Assembly: GCA_004431415.1 (NCBI GenBank)
Contig: QPMI01000402.1
Span: 119,735-183,734, forward strand
Source of the DNA: Cyanophora paradoxa CCMP329
Taxonomy: Eukaryota; Plantae; Glaucophyta
Direction: 5' to 3'
Length of the DNA: 64,000 nucleotides
The position numbers and the translations under genes were made by a program. Under the pieces are notes generated by a model, which did not search any database, was not told the DNA's origin, and saw nothing but the letters and a program-made list of their open reading frames with translations. Of the stretch, positions 47,891-59,911 are shown in pieces. Position 1 is the stretch's first letter; the number at the start of each line of letters is the position of its first letter.

Positions 47891-48148
47891 CCATCCGCGC
47901 ATACTCCTGGTTCTCCGCGTAGGCGCGCAGCTTCTCTAGGCGCTTCTCGAGCTCCTGATTCTGCGCGGGCGACGCTCAGGGCGCGGCGGCGGCGTAGGAA
48001 GCTCGGACGATGCGGACGGGCCTTCTTCTTCTTCGGAAAGCAGGCGGGGTCAAGGTCGCGCGGGAGGATGACTTCGCTTCCGTTGAGGAGCTCGTGAAGC
48101 CACGGGCCGCGCGCCGCGCCCTTCGACCGCGACGACGCTGCCGCCGCC
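47891..48148 (-). pseudogene. Inverted partial duplicate of VMA12/TMEM199 exon1-intron1-exon2
   Basis: Reverse complement of ~48347-48607 with scattered substitutions, including the intron. Confidence 0.85.
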
Positions 48149-48239
48149 GGACGCGCGGGCGCGGTCTAGCCGGCAGCGGCCGCGCGGGCGCGGTCTAGCC
48201 GTCAGCGGGGTACTTAGTCCGATTCGGCTCCAAGCCGCG

Positions 48240-49207
48240 ATGCCGCTCGTCCGTCCAACGCCGGCGATCCGCGCAGCTCTCGGGGAGCACGAGGCGGGCC
48301 CTTCGGGAGTCGCGGACGAGGATGGCATCGAGCTGCGGCGCGTGGTGGCGGCGGCAGCGTCCTCGCGGTCGAAGGGCGCGGCGCGCGGTCCGTGGCTTCA
48401 CGAGCTGCTCAGCGGAAGCGAAGTCGTTCTCCCCCGCGACCTTGACCCCGCCTGCTTTCCGAAGAAGGAGAAGGCCCGCCCGCACGTCGCCGAAAGCTTC
48501 CTACGCCGCCGCCGCGCCCTGAGCGTCGCCCGCGCAGAATCCGGAGCTCGAGAAGCGCCTGGAGAAGCTGCGCGCCTACGCCGAGAACCAGGAGTATGCC
48601 CGGATGGTCAGCGGCCTGACGGTCGAGCAGCGGCGAGAGGCGGAGCGCGAGAGCATGAGCAGGTACGGGAGCGAGAGCGCGTGCGACGCGGGTGCCCTCT
48701 TTCTCACGCTGTAGTGCCGCGTGCGCCTCCGCAGCTACTTCGACCAGGCAGGCATTGGGATCAACATCCTGGTCAGCCTGATCACGGCCTTCGTCGTCGG
48801 GCACTTCCTCGGCAGGCAGTGGTTCGACGGAGACGTCGCGAAGGTGCGCCCTCTCCCGACGGAGCCGCCGCCCCGCCCCGCCCCGCCGCTCTCCACTGAC
48901 CGCCGACGGCCTCGCTCGCTCGCAGAGCGTCATTGTCGGCCTCGTATTCGCGATCGTCGGGCTCATGATCGAGACGTGGCTCTTCCTGTTCCGCGCATCG
49001 CACATGGATCGCCTCGTCGACCGCCGCGAGCGGAAGGAGCAGCAGCAGGGCGGTGCGCGACGCTCTCGGATCGAATCTTGATCTTTAAATTCGACTGACC
49101 CGCGCCCGCCCGCTCTCGCGCGCGCAGGCCACTTCCCGGATATGTACAGGCCGCTCAGCTGGGAGTCGAAGCCCTGGGAAGCCAGCGGCATGCCGACTAT
49201 GTACTAG
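48240..49207 (+). CDS. VMA12: V-ATPase assembly factor VMA12/TMEM199
   Basis: WLHELLSGSEV, NPELEKRLEKLRAYAENQEYARMV, and two TM helices (GINILVSLITAFVVG; IVGLVFAIVGLMIETWLFL). Confidence 0.85.
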
Positions 49208-49407
49208 CCATGCCATCCGATCCCTTGCTCTACAGCTACATTCTCCTTTCTGCTTTGCTTTCAGTTCTTTCGCTCGATCCGCTGCAGATTAGATACAGAT
49301 AGATGACTAGTTAGCTACACGCAGCTATAGGTTACCTAGGCCTAGATCCTGATAGAATGCAGCTCGCGTTTCATCTTGAAAGAAGCGACGGTCTAGGCCA
49401 GGCTGCG

Positions 49408-52400
49408 CTAGCGGTACAGGGGGGCTACGCGGTCCCGAACGTGCGCGAGGACCGCGGCCCACCGCTCCGCGGGCAGCGACTCGAGGAGTGACGCCCACTC
49501 TTTCCTCAGCGCCTCCCGGGCGCCCTTCTCGTCCGCCGGATTCGAAGCGGCGGAGCCGGCGCCGGCGCGCCCGCCGGCGCCGTTTCCGATGTCGCTGAAA
49601 GGCCGCCGGGATGGCGTCGTCGGCTGGGACGGCTGGGACCCCTCGTCCGTCGCCGGCGTCCTGAAAGTCACCTGCGCGGATTCGAACCGGGGACCAAGGG
49701 GGGTGGGAGGGTCTGGATTTCGGACCTCGGCGCTGCGGTCGCTGCGGAGGCCGTCGCGGAGGGCCTGTACCCGGGCGGCGTACGCGGTGGCCGGGTCAAG
49801 GTGGTTCAGGCGAACGCTCGTCTTGGGCGTCGTGACCTCCTGCCCCGCGAACTTGACGGCGTACGCCGTCGGCGCCGGGCCCGAGGAGGGGGCGCGCCAG
49901 GAGAGGGTACAGGTTCGGCTGGTGAGGGACTCGACTCGGAGCGACTCGGGCGGGCGGGGGGCCTCCAGCGAAGAGGCGGAGGAGGAGGTGGTAGAGGAAG
50001 AAGAAGAGGTGGGGGAGGAGACGGAGACCGAGAGCGGCTCAGAGCGGGGCCCCTCCCCCAGGCCTGCGGATCGAATCAGGGGAATCCCGGGGGTACAAGG
50101 GGCTGAGAAGGGGGTACGCCGCACCGTTGTAGGCGGAGACGGAGAAGGCGAAGCGGCCGGGGGGTACGCCCCGCAGGACGCAGCGGGGACTAGGGCCCTC
50201 CGTTCGGGTCGCGAGGACTTCGGCGTCGCCCGCCGCGGCGCCCGCCGGCCGCCGGTAAATGGCGTACCCCGCCACGGGGCCGTTCTTGGAGGGGGGTACG
50301 GGGTTCCAGGTGAGCTCGAGGTCCGAAGGGGACCCTCCCCACGCCCCCGCGGCGCGCAACTCCGACGGGGCAGCCGACGGCGTCTCTGCGACGGGTTCGG
50401 ATTCAGTGAACGTCCCGTCTGGCGTACCCCGGGTAGTGAGCCGCGTACCCCCCTTGGTCGTGATCTCCTTGTACTCCGACCACTCGCCCTGCCCGGAGGG
50501 GTTCACCGCCGCAACCCGGAACCTGGCCGGGGGGGTACAGCATGAGACGATGGGTTACGGTTAGGTGGGGGGGGGGGGGGTGGAAGATAGGCGGGTACCT
50601 GTGGAAGGTCGCCGGCGTCGTCGGCACGTCCGCCAGCGGCTCGTCCGTCCGCATGACCTGGTAGCCCCCGCCGCGTGAGTCGAGTACCCCGAGATCCGAA
50701 TGAGGGGGATAGGGGGGTACGCGCACCTCCCCGAGGCGCTCCTCGCTGACGACGTACTCCACGTTCTCGCCCTCGACCTGGTACCCGTCCATTTCCATGC
50801 TTAGCATGTACTTTAAGGCTTAGGTAGAGGAGTATATTTAATGACCTTGCTCCAGCGGATCTTGACGACGAGCTTGAAGGCCTGCACCTTGAGCTTCTCG
50901 ACCCGCCCCGGCACCGGCGCTGCGCGAGGGCGCCCGGCTCAGCCGAGGCTCAGCTGAGTTCGAGGTAGAACGTACCCCCCGAGTAGAAGGGCTCCGTGGA
51001 GCACTCCACGAGGCGGATGGGCGAGACGCGGCCCGCCAGCGGCGTCGCGAAGGAGACCTGCGCGGGGGGTACGGTGAGGAACGTGGGTACAGAAGGATTC
51101 TGCCGGGTACGGGACGCGCCTCGAAGACGTAGGGGGTACCGTGCTCGAGGCCGTCGACGGTGATGGGGATACAGTGCCCGTGGCAGTGGACTGGCCCGCC
51201 GCGCGGCGCCCTCGCCCGCTCCTGGGGCGCGACCCGACGGTAGTAAGACATGCTAACCTGGAGATCGTGTCAGACTTTTCAAGAAAAGCACAGCTGTTGA
51301 TTTTCGTTCGCTTCTATAAATAGCGTACCTCGAGGGGCTTGGAGCGCCAGGATTCGCTCGCGTGCGAGATTTCGAGCGTGACGGAGCCCGAGGCGCGGGA
51401 CGCGACCCGCACCTGAGCTCGCGGCGGTTAGTAGCCGCCGCCGTTACTAACGACTGGCGGTTTCTCGTGACTCACCAGGGGGGTCGGAAGCGGGTCCGAA
51501 TCCGTGGCCTTGGTGAGGTACGGGTTGGGCAGCGCGCAGCGCCCGCTCGCCTCGACGATCGCACGAGAGACGGACGCCACGCGCTGTGGGGGAGGGGGGG
51601 TACGGCTCAATCGGGGGCGCGGAGGGTACGACGGCGAGCGGCCGGGGGCACGTGTGGCCCACCCACCTTGAAGCGCGCGGAGATGGTGTAGGACTTGCCA
51701 GCCAGGAGGCCGTCGAGCGCCACCTGCGTACCCCGCATTAGTTAGAAACTCAAAAAAAAGTTGGCGTAGAGTTGCGAGGGCCGGGCGGCGGGCGCCTTCC
51801 AGCGTTATAAGAGGTTATAAGATAAGGCGTCGTAGAGATGTTGTAAGAAGTTATAAGAAAAGGCGGCGTGGAGTTGCGAAGGCCGGGCGGGGTACGCGCC
51901 TTCCAGCGAGTGAAAGAGTTCGCGATGTCAACGGTGAAGTCCTTCGAGACGGCCGGGAGGCCCGCCGCCTCCGCCTGCATCCGATCAAATCAGATCATTG
52001 ACCGGATCAAATTCACAGCGAGTGGGTCTGGGCCCGGGGCCGGACGGTCCCACCGACCCAACCCACCTGGATCTCGACGAGGAGCTCGCAATGGGATCGG
52101 GGTACCGCCTTGACGTACGCCGCGAGGCGCGCGCCGCTCACGATGACCTCCACTGCGCGCGGCGCCGGTCGGCCGGGAGCAACGAGCCAACGAGAGGGCG
52201 AGTCGAGGCAGCGGCCCGTGCGCACCGCGGGCCTCGCTCGGCGCGCCGACCGTAGTGAGGCTCTCCGGCGAGGGGAGAGTGCCCGTGGACGCCCCCCCGC
52301 TGCTGGGCGCCGCCCCCGAGTCGGCGGGCCCCGGGCGCGGCGCGGGCCGCGAGCCGCTCGATCCGGGCATGAAGCCCGCCGAGGGGCAGCGAATGATGTA

Positions 52401-52661
52401 GGCGCGGCGTGCATCCGCGGTCTGCAGCGCCTCGTAGGCCGCCTTCACGACCTTGAAGCAGTCGGCGGCGTGCGGGTGGTCGCCCGTCTTGTCGGGATGC
52501 GTCTGAAGCGAGAGCGCCTTGAAGCGCGAGCGGACCGACTCGTCCGTGGCCGTCACGCGGTCCACGCCCAGCACGGCGAAGTAGTCGACGCGGTCGGGCG
52601 GCAGGCCGATGTAGTACTTCAGCCGCGAGAGCTCCGTTCGGGAGGAATCGAAGGTGCCCAT
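49408..52661 (-). CDS. J-domain (DnaJ) protein with multiple fibronectin type III repeats
   Basis: DYFAVLGV...FKALSLQTHPDK...AAYEAL J-domain. FN3 signatures DGLEHGTPYVF, VAAVNPSGQGEWS, LELTWNPV...GYAIYR, PPESLRVESLTSRTCTLSWRAP...LDPATAYAARVQA. Confidence 0.85.
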
Positions 52662-52748
52662 TGCGGCACGTTGCTGAGCGCTCTACGGCACGGCTGCCAA
52701 GGCTGGAACCGAGGGCCGCGCAATCCGGCCGTTGTTGACTTGGAGAGG

Positions 52749-53025
52749 CTGTACCCGGCAAAGACCGCCCTACGCCCTGCCGCGGCGCCGCCGCGGACCG
52801 CCGGCTTCCATTCTTTCCGATGTCTTCATCGTTGATTCGACCGAATGACCAGCGACCGAGATGGGTCGCGTTGCAATTGGCATCATCTGACCCGTGACGT
52901 CTGTGCTGCGGCCGGCGGCATCAGCTGATAGCGGGTGTGGCGGAGGCAAAGGTTAGCGGTTCGTGGCAAAGGTTAGATCGTCGCTGCGAAGCCTTGCAGC
53001 GGTAGCGACCAGCCTGGCGACTGCA
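52749..53025 (+). repeat. Duplicated intergenic segment (second copy 58748-59052)
   Basis: Shared blocks CTGTACCC(C)GGCAAAGACCGCC, GATTCGACCGAATGACCAGCGACCGAGATGGGTCGCGTTG and GCGGCATCAGCTGATAGCGGGTGTGG. Confidence 0.85.
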
Positions 53026-53228
53026 GCTTTGCGCTTTCAGCACGAGAGCCAATTGCAAGCGACCGACGAGCTCGATCAGCTAGAAGAAGGTGCGCGGAGG
53101 CGCTGTGAGGCACGATAGCTGCCCTGCGGCCGCATAGTTGCGCGCTCGGTCTGCGCGACGGCTGCGTAATTGACGGCTGCTGATCGCGCAGGTGCGGGGA
53201 GATCTAGAGCTAGCTCGAGCAGCGAGCG

Positions 53229-55233
53229 ATGTCGAGAGAGTTCGCAAAGAAGTCGAAGCGGGCCCGCGTCAAAGAGCCCCCGTCAGCGTCTGCGGCAGCA
53301 CTAGTGCCAGCTGCTGCAGCTGCGCATGCGGACGCGGACGCGTACGCGCCTGGGCCGTTCGACGCTCTGCCAGATGTGGTAATGAGCGATGTCTTCAAGG
53401 CGCTCGGGCTGCAGGCGAGCTGGCTCCTTCGCGGCGTGAGCAGGCGCGCACACGGGCCGGGCCGGCCTGCCGCCGACGCCTTCTCTTCGCACACGAAGCT
53501 CACTGTCCAGCGGATCGCAGGCGGTGGCGGCGGGTGGTCGAGGAGACGGAATGGGCGAGCGTCGAGCTGCGGATGAACGGCGGGATAACAAGCTTCAGCT
53601 ACTGGACGGACAGCACAGCGAAGAGGCCGCCGAAGCGCACGCGCAAGCGGCGTGCGCAGGGCGACTCGAGCAAACAGCCGGAGCGGGGCGGCAAGCACGA
53701 CTACGCCGCAGCGACAGCGCTCTTCGAGAGCGGAAAGCTTCGGCTCTGCAGCAGCAGAAGCGTGGCACTGCGAGCGGAGCTCCCGCAGGTCGCGGCTTCC
53801 GAGAGGAGCCGCGACGTGGCTGTAGTCAAGCGAAGCCACCAGCTCGCGGCGGAGGCGGCGTGCAGCCTCCTCAGGGCCGTCGTCCGCAGCCACAGCGGCC
53901 CGGCGCAGCTCCGGGATGTCACAGTCGAGCTGCTTAGGGTGTCGGGCATCCGGGAAGCGACGGAAAGCTTCCTGCGCAGAACCTTGATCGGAGTGCTGCG
54001 GGCTCTGGCGCCGCCCAAGGGAGCGGCGGCCTGCAGCGCTCTGGAGAGCCTCAGCATCGGCATGGCCGGCAAGGAAATCGTGCCGAGCTGGGACGACATG
54101 TGGATGCCGTGGCCCCGGGCCGCCGACCTGCGGGCCGCCCTCGCCCCCTTCGGCCGCCTGCGCTTCCTCGCTCTCTCCTTCAACCGCGCCGACAGGGGCG
54201 TCGGCCCGGAGGCGGCGGCCGCCATCGCCGCCGCGTGCCCCCTCCTCCGCGCCCTCGCGTTCCGGCCGGACTCGCGAGAGTCGCTGGCGGCCCTCGCGCC
54301 CCTGGCTCACCTCGAGGAGCTGCTCGTCGCATGGCCTCCGTCCAAGAGCTCTCTCTACGAGCCCGATGTCCCCGAGGGACTGCCGGCGCTCGCGGACGGC
54401 CCCGCCGGCAGGAGCCTCAGGCGCATTGCCTTCTTCGAAGAGTCCGGGCTCTACACGTTCGCCCTCTCTCTCTCTTTCTTTCTTTTTCTCGCCGCTCTCG
54501 CGCCCGCCCGCGCTTCCTTTCTCGCCGCTGACGAGTCCTGGGCCGGGCGCAGGGGAGGTTCCTTTCCGGCTCGATCCGCCGAAGCGGCCCACGCGCTCCT
54601 CTATAAATTCAGCGAAGCGGCGACGATCGCCCTTAGCCGTATGCCGAAGCTGGAGCGCATCGAACCGCTGCCGGTGCGCCCCTCCTACCCCCTCCGCCCC
54701 TCCCTCCCCTACCCCCCTTCCCCCGCCCCCCCCCTACACCCCTCCTCTACCCCCCTCCCCCCCGCCACCCCCGCCCCGCACTAATCGCCTGTCAGTTCCC
54801 TGCCAAATCGCCGGAGAACGCCAAGGCCCTCGGGCGCATAGAGGGACTTCGCGAGGCTTTCCTGTACGTCTCCGCCGGCTTCCCGCTGCACGCGCTGGCG
54901 GAGGCGCTGGCCGGCCTGCCACGCCTCCAACGGCTCTCGATCAAGTTCGAGGGTGCGCGCGCCTCGGCAGCCTGGGTACCGGTGCAGTGCTTCCGCCCGC
55001 TCACTCGTCGTCGATCGGACAGCACTCTACCCGGGCAGCGCTCGGCCCCCGGACCTCCTTGCGTTCCTGGGAAGCCCCGCCGTGCAGCGTGCCCTCGTGG
55101 ACTTGAATCTGCGCGTGCAGCACCAGATCGACGCATCCGAGACCGAGGCCATCGCACGGCTGCCCCGCCTCGGGAGGCTGCGGCTCAAGTTCAGCGGTGA
55201 GTGAGGACTAGCCCGCGCCCCCCCCCTCCCCCC

Positions 55234-55264
<31 letters not shown>

Positions 55265-55970
55265 TCCTCTCCCTCCTCCCCCCCACGCTGAAGTTTATCG
55301 GTGAGGCCTAAGGCGCCCTCCTCCTTCCCCTCCAACCCCCCCCCCTTCCGCCCCCCCCCTTCCCGCCCCCCCTTCCCGCCCCCCCCTTCCCGCCCCCCCC
55401 CCCCCCCCCCACCACACACACACACACACACACACACGCTGAAGTTTAGCATTGAGGCCTAAGGCGCCCACCCCCCCCTCCCCCCCCCCCCCTCCTCCCA
55501 CCCCCACCCCCCGCCGCTCACGCGATCGCGGCGCAGTCTCTCACTCGGATCCCGCGCCTGTCGTCGCCGCCCTCTCGAGCCCCCCCACGCGGCGCGTCCT
55601 CACGGACCTGGCGCTGGACCTGGCGCGGGAGCTCTCCGGGGCCGAAGCCCGGGCGATCGCGGCCCTGCCGGCCCTCCGCAGCCTCTCGATCGTGTCCAAT
55701 CACCTATCCCTCGACCCGGCATCCTTCCTTCCCTACGAAGTGCGCGCCCCGCCGGCGCCCCGCCCCGCCCCTCCCCGCATGGCCAACCGTGCTCCATGCT
55801 AGCTCCTGCGGGACGGCCTAGGCCCCCGCCCCGACGTCCGAGTGGGCGTATGCTGCTACGCATACGGGGCGTCCGAGGCCAGCCGCGTCCTCCGCCACAT
55901 GCGCCTTTTCAAGGGGCGCTCCGGCCGTAGCGAGGAGGACGAGGACGAGGAGGACGAGGAGGAGTTCTAG
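53229..55970 (+). CDS. F-box protein with RNI-like leucine-rich repeats
   Basis: FDALPDVVMSDVFKALG...LRGVSRR|WRRVV F-box; LRR-like LESLSI, LRFLALSF, CPLLRAL, LAHLEELLV, LPALRSLSI; acidic tail. Confidence 0.8.
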
Positions 55971-56510
55971 ATCTAGCTGTTCGGACGCGGGCCCGGGGCG
56001 CAACCTTAAGCTTCGGCCTCGGCGTGCCCTAGACTCGCAATATCCTAGACCCTAGTGTCAGCTTCAGGATTGTACAGCAGCTCTCGAGTAAAAGAAGGTA
56101 GAATTCGAAACAGCTCTACGCAGGTAGCTATAGAAACTTTAATTTGCGCCTACTTGTAACTTTCAATCAAAGCTTGTAACGTCCGACGAGAAAATCAAAC
56201 GCATAATCGATATCATATATTTAATGAGGCACCCAGTGACCTGTAGCTAATGAGGAGGGACATTGCACAGGAAACTACGTCGGTGTCATCGGATCCCTAC
56301 ATGTACATAACACTTGAAATTCAATCTAGAACCCGACTATATATATGCCGGCACTATGCGGACATCGAAATTCGAAGTTTAAAGGGATATACACGCGATA
56401 TAGAGAATTGAAACAGTAAAGGAAACCAGAGGCAATAAGTTGGTAAGACATATAACGAGTAAATGTTAATGTGAACGCGCTGCACTGTCTAGCTTCGTGC
56501 GCAACTAGAA

Positions 56511-58670
56511 TCAGTCGCGAAGAAAGTAGACGGAAAGGGCGAGGGGGTCGGGGCTCGAGCCCGGAGCGGCCGCGGTGGGCACGGGAAAGAGGAAGTAGGC
56601 GAAGCGCTTCCTCCCGCGTACGGCAGCCGCGTGGACTACGCCCCAGCCGTGCTGCCCGATCGCGTCTTCTTCTTCGCAGATGTAGTGCTCCTTTTGGGGG
56701 TACCGGAGCACCTGCCGCAGCAAGGCGGAGTCAAAGATCTAGACGGTACCAGGTGGTCACTGAGAAACACCGTACCCGATTCTGCTGGATGAGCCAGTCG
56801 CAGAGGTTGCGGCAGTCTCTGTCCCCCTTCTGCACAAGCGTGAAGCCGCATGCGACGTCACGCCGTGCGTCCAGCGCTGGCATCTTGACCGCGTCGCACT
56901 CCCAGGTACGTTCCCTGCATCGCGCAGAATGAACGCTAGCGCTGGCCGGCATAAAGGATGAGCATGAAGACTTGCACTCACAGCTGCGAGCTGGGGGGGA
57001 AGGAGGGTGGGGTAGGAGAGGAGGATGCGAAGATGCCGAAATCGTTGAACAGCGTCTTGTTCGTTTTCTCGTCGATTTTGTGGAACACCTTCAGCCGGAA
57101 AGGCGGCGGCGGTGGCCGCGGCCGCTGTGTGTGCGGGGACATGCTGCTGTAGCCCGCCGCAAGCGATGAAGGGGCTGCCTTCGAGTTTGGCGAGCTCTGG
57201 CTGGCGCTGGGGATCGGCTGCACAGGCTGCAGCTGCAGCCGGCCATCCGGATTGACGGCTGTCGGAGGCGTGCTGGCGCTCGTGTCGACGCCCGTCCGCT
57301 TCGTAAGTGGGTGCTTGTGCCTGGGGGATCCTAGATCTTCCGCGGGGCTCGAGCTCGCCGGAGCGGCGGGGGAGGCGGGGGCTGGGCGCGCCGTGGGGTC
57401 CCCCGGGCTGCTTCCTGGTCGCAAATGGTCAGCAGCCTCCAAAAAGAGCGAAGGGCCGGCAGCGCTGCTCGCACCCGTGCGCTTGGGCGTCTCTGGGGCC
57501 CGAGGAGCGGGGGAGGCGGGGGCTGGGCGCGCCGTGGGGGCCCCGGGGCTGCACCCTGATCGCGAATCGCGTCAGCGGCCTCCAAAAAAGAGTGAGAGGC
57601 CGGCAGCGCTGCACGCACCCGCGCGCTTGGGCGTCTCTGGGGCCCGAGGAGCGGGGGAGGCAGGGGCTGGGCGCGCCGTGGGGGCCCCGGGGCTGCACCC
57701 TGATCGCGAATCGCGTCAGCGGCCTCCAAAAAAGAGTGAGAGGCCGGCAGCGCTGCACGCACCCGCGCGCTTGGGCGTCTCTGGGGCCCGAGGAGCGGGG
57801 GAGGCGGGGGCTGGGCGCGCCGCGGGGGCCCCGGGGCCACTTTCTGCGTTAGCTAAGCTCAGAGGGTAGAAAACTGGAGACGGTTTACGCAGCGGCACGA
57901 ACTCGTGCGCTTGAATACGGCGGGAGGCGAGCTGACGGGAGCCGGATGCGGGGAGACTGGAGCGGCGAGTGCGCCGGCTCCCCGCTGGGTAGACCCTGGG
58001 TTGGAGACCAGCTGGGTGACTGTCGTGGGTCGCGCGGCCTCCGCCGCCGCAGGAGCGCTGGAGCCATGGCCAGTCGACGCCCGTGCCCGCTTCGATAGGG
58101 TTTGCGGCGGCTGTGTCTCCGGAGGCGCTTCCGCCACTTTTCGCTCGTCGAACGTGACGGCTGCGCGGTCCGGGGATCCGTCAATGCGACGAGACTCTTC
58201 GAGGTAGGCGGGAATGAGAGGGTTCACTTTTGCGTTTGAGGATCGACTTAGGCGGCCCTGGAGCAGGCTGCGGGGCGGGCGCGGGCTCGAGGCTCTCTGC
58301 GACGTGTCTGCAAGGATAATCACACCAGATGCGCAGTGCACGTGCGTACCATCTTCGGACTGGGCGAAGTGCGAATCACTCGAGCTCGAGGCAGTGCCGG
58401 CGGAGCTCGGGGCTGATGTGGGCGGAGCTCGGGGCTCCTGGTGGCTCGCTAAGCTGCTCCAGATGCTGGATATATCGATGCTGGAGTCATACCGTAGTGG
58501 CATAGCAAGAAAAGATCGCGCACCGCTGAGGCAGACTGAAGATGGCTAGTGTCAACCTGTTCCATGAACGCATTTGCAAGTGCGGGTAGTAGCTGCCGCA
58601 GTGTATCAAAGTTGTCGCACCCTGATATCCAGCGTCGGTCATTGCGGTCCTGGTTTCCAGGATCGGTCAT
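56511..58670 (-). CDS. Low-complexity protein ending in the same C-terminal domain as the two MORC genes; 5' structure uncertain
   Basis: PPPFRLKVF...FNDFGIFASS...FPPSSQL|..W.C....P.LD..RD.ACGF.L...CRNLCDWL..|VLRYPQK...FAYFLFP...LSVYFLRD*, with the same intron positions as the MORC copies. Confidence 0.75.
57360..57838 (-). repeat. ~144-bp tandem repeat x3.3; each unit is an 81-nt exon plus a 63-nt intron
   Basis: CCTCCAAAAA recurs at 57436, 57579 and 57723. On the minus strand the unit contains GTGCG...GCTGAC...CAG. Confidence 0.8.
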
Positions 58671-59223
58671 CTGGTTCAATCGCGTAGGATAGCGTAGAAG
58701 ACGGCTGCCCGTGAGAATCCGAGGACCTGACTGGGGTCAGCAAACGACTGTACCCCGGCAAAGACCGCCACGGTCCGCCAGCGCCGCCGCCGGTCCGCCG
58801 GCGTCTGCCGCCGGTCGACCCGGCGTCCGCCGCCGCGTCCTAATCTCTTCATCGCTGATTCGACCGAATGACCAGCGACCGAGATGGGTCGCGTTGTCAT
58901 CATCTGACCCGTGACGTCTGTGGTGCAGCCAGCGGCATCAGCTGATAGCGGGTGTGGTGGAGGTTGTAGCAGCTGCTAGAGGCTCGTGGCAAAGGTTATA
59001 TCGTCGCTTATCTCCATCGTCCTGCATCTCCGACCAGCTGCAGCGACTGCAAGGTACCGGTGCTTTCCCGTGCGTTCCGCGCCGACCAGCGGCCGCGAGC
59101 GCGAAGCCGCTGTGCTGTGCACCGATCAGCCTGGCGGAGCACTGACGAGCTCTTGCCCTGCTCGCCTCCCTGCTCGCAGCGCGCACTAGTCCAGCTGCAA
59201 CGCGTACGACCGCGGGCAGAACG

Positions 59224-59911
59224 ATGTCTAAGGCACCGGAACCCGGCGTAAGCGTCTCCGTCATCCTGGGCATGGTGCCTGCAGCCGCCTGCTCTGCCTG
59301 CGCGAAATCGATCCCAGCTCGCTTCGAAAAATTCTAATCGTGGTTACGCGGGGCGCAGAACGTCTACGTGGTCCGGCGGAATCTGGACACGTGCATTGCC
59401 ACCGTCATTCGGGCGGCCGCCTCTGCGACGGGCTGGCTCAAGGGCGAGGGAACGCACAGCGCGCTGCTCCTCCACAACCTCGACACGAACGCGTGGTCCC
59501 TCGTCGAGCTGTACGAATCCAACGGCCGGTCAGTCGACCCGAATCCGATGCGGCAGCGGCCTCGGCTCCGGCCGATAGCGCGCGCGCCTGACGTCTTCCC
59601 GCTGCCGCGGCCGCAGAGCGCTTATCCGGAACGTCGCCGTGTCGGCGAGCGAAGGCAGCGAGGACGTGGGCGGGAGCGGCCCCTTCGCGCGGGGCCCTGG
59701 CTACTTCTTCATCAAGATGCGCGGCTTCATCTGGACGCGCCAGAAGGAGGGCTGCAGGGTGTTCGGCAGGTCGGCGGTGGAGGCGGAGAAGCTCATGGTC
59801 CAGTGGGTCAAAGACAAGGGCGGCGAGTACAGCGTCCTCGGCGGCTGCATCTGCCACCGGGCGCAGGAGTACGTCCGCAAGTGCTGGGGAATATACGGGG
59901 ACGGCCCGTGA
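59224..59911 (+). CDS. Small protein, possibly circularly permuted papain-like (LRAT/PPPDE-type) hydrolase, 3 exons
   Basis: NVYVVRRNL...THSALLL...SLVELY...WTRQKEG...EYSVLGGCICHRAQEYVR: His precedes a Y-x-[VL]-L-x3-4-C motif. Confidence 0.55.
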
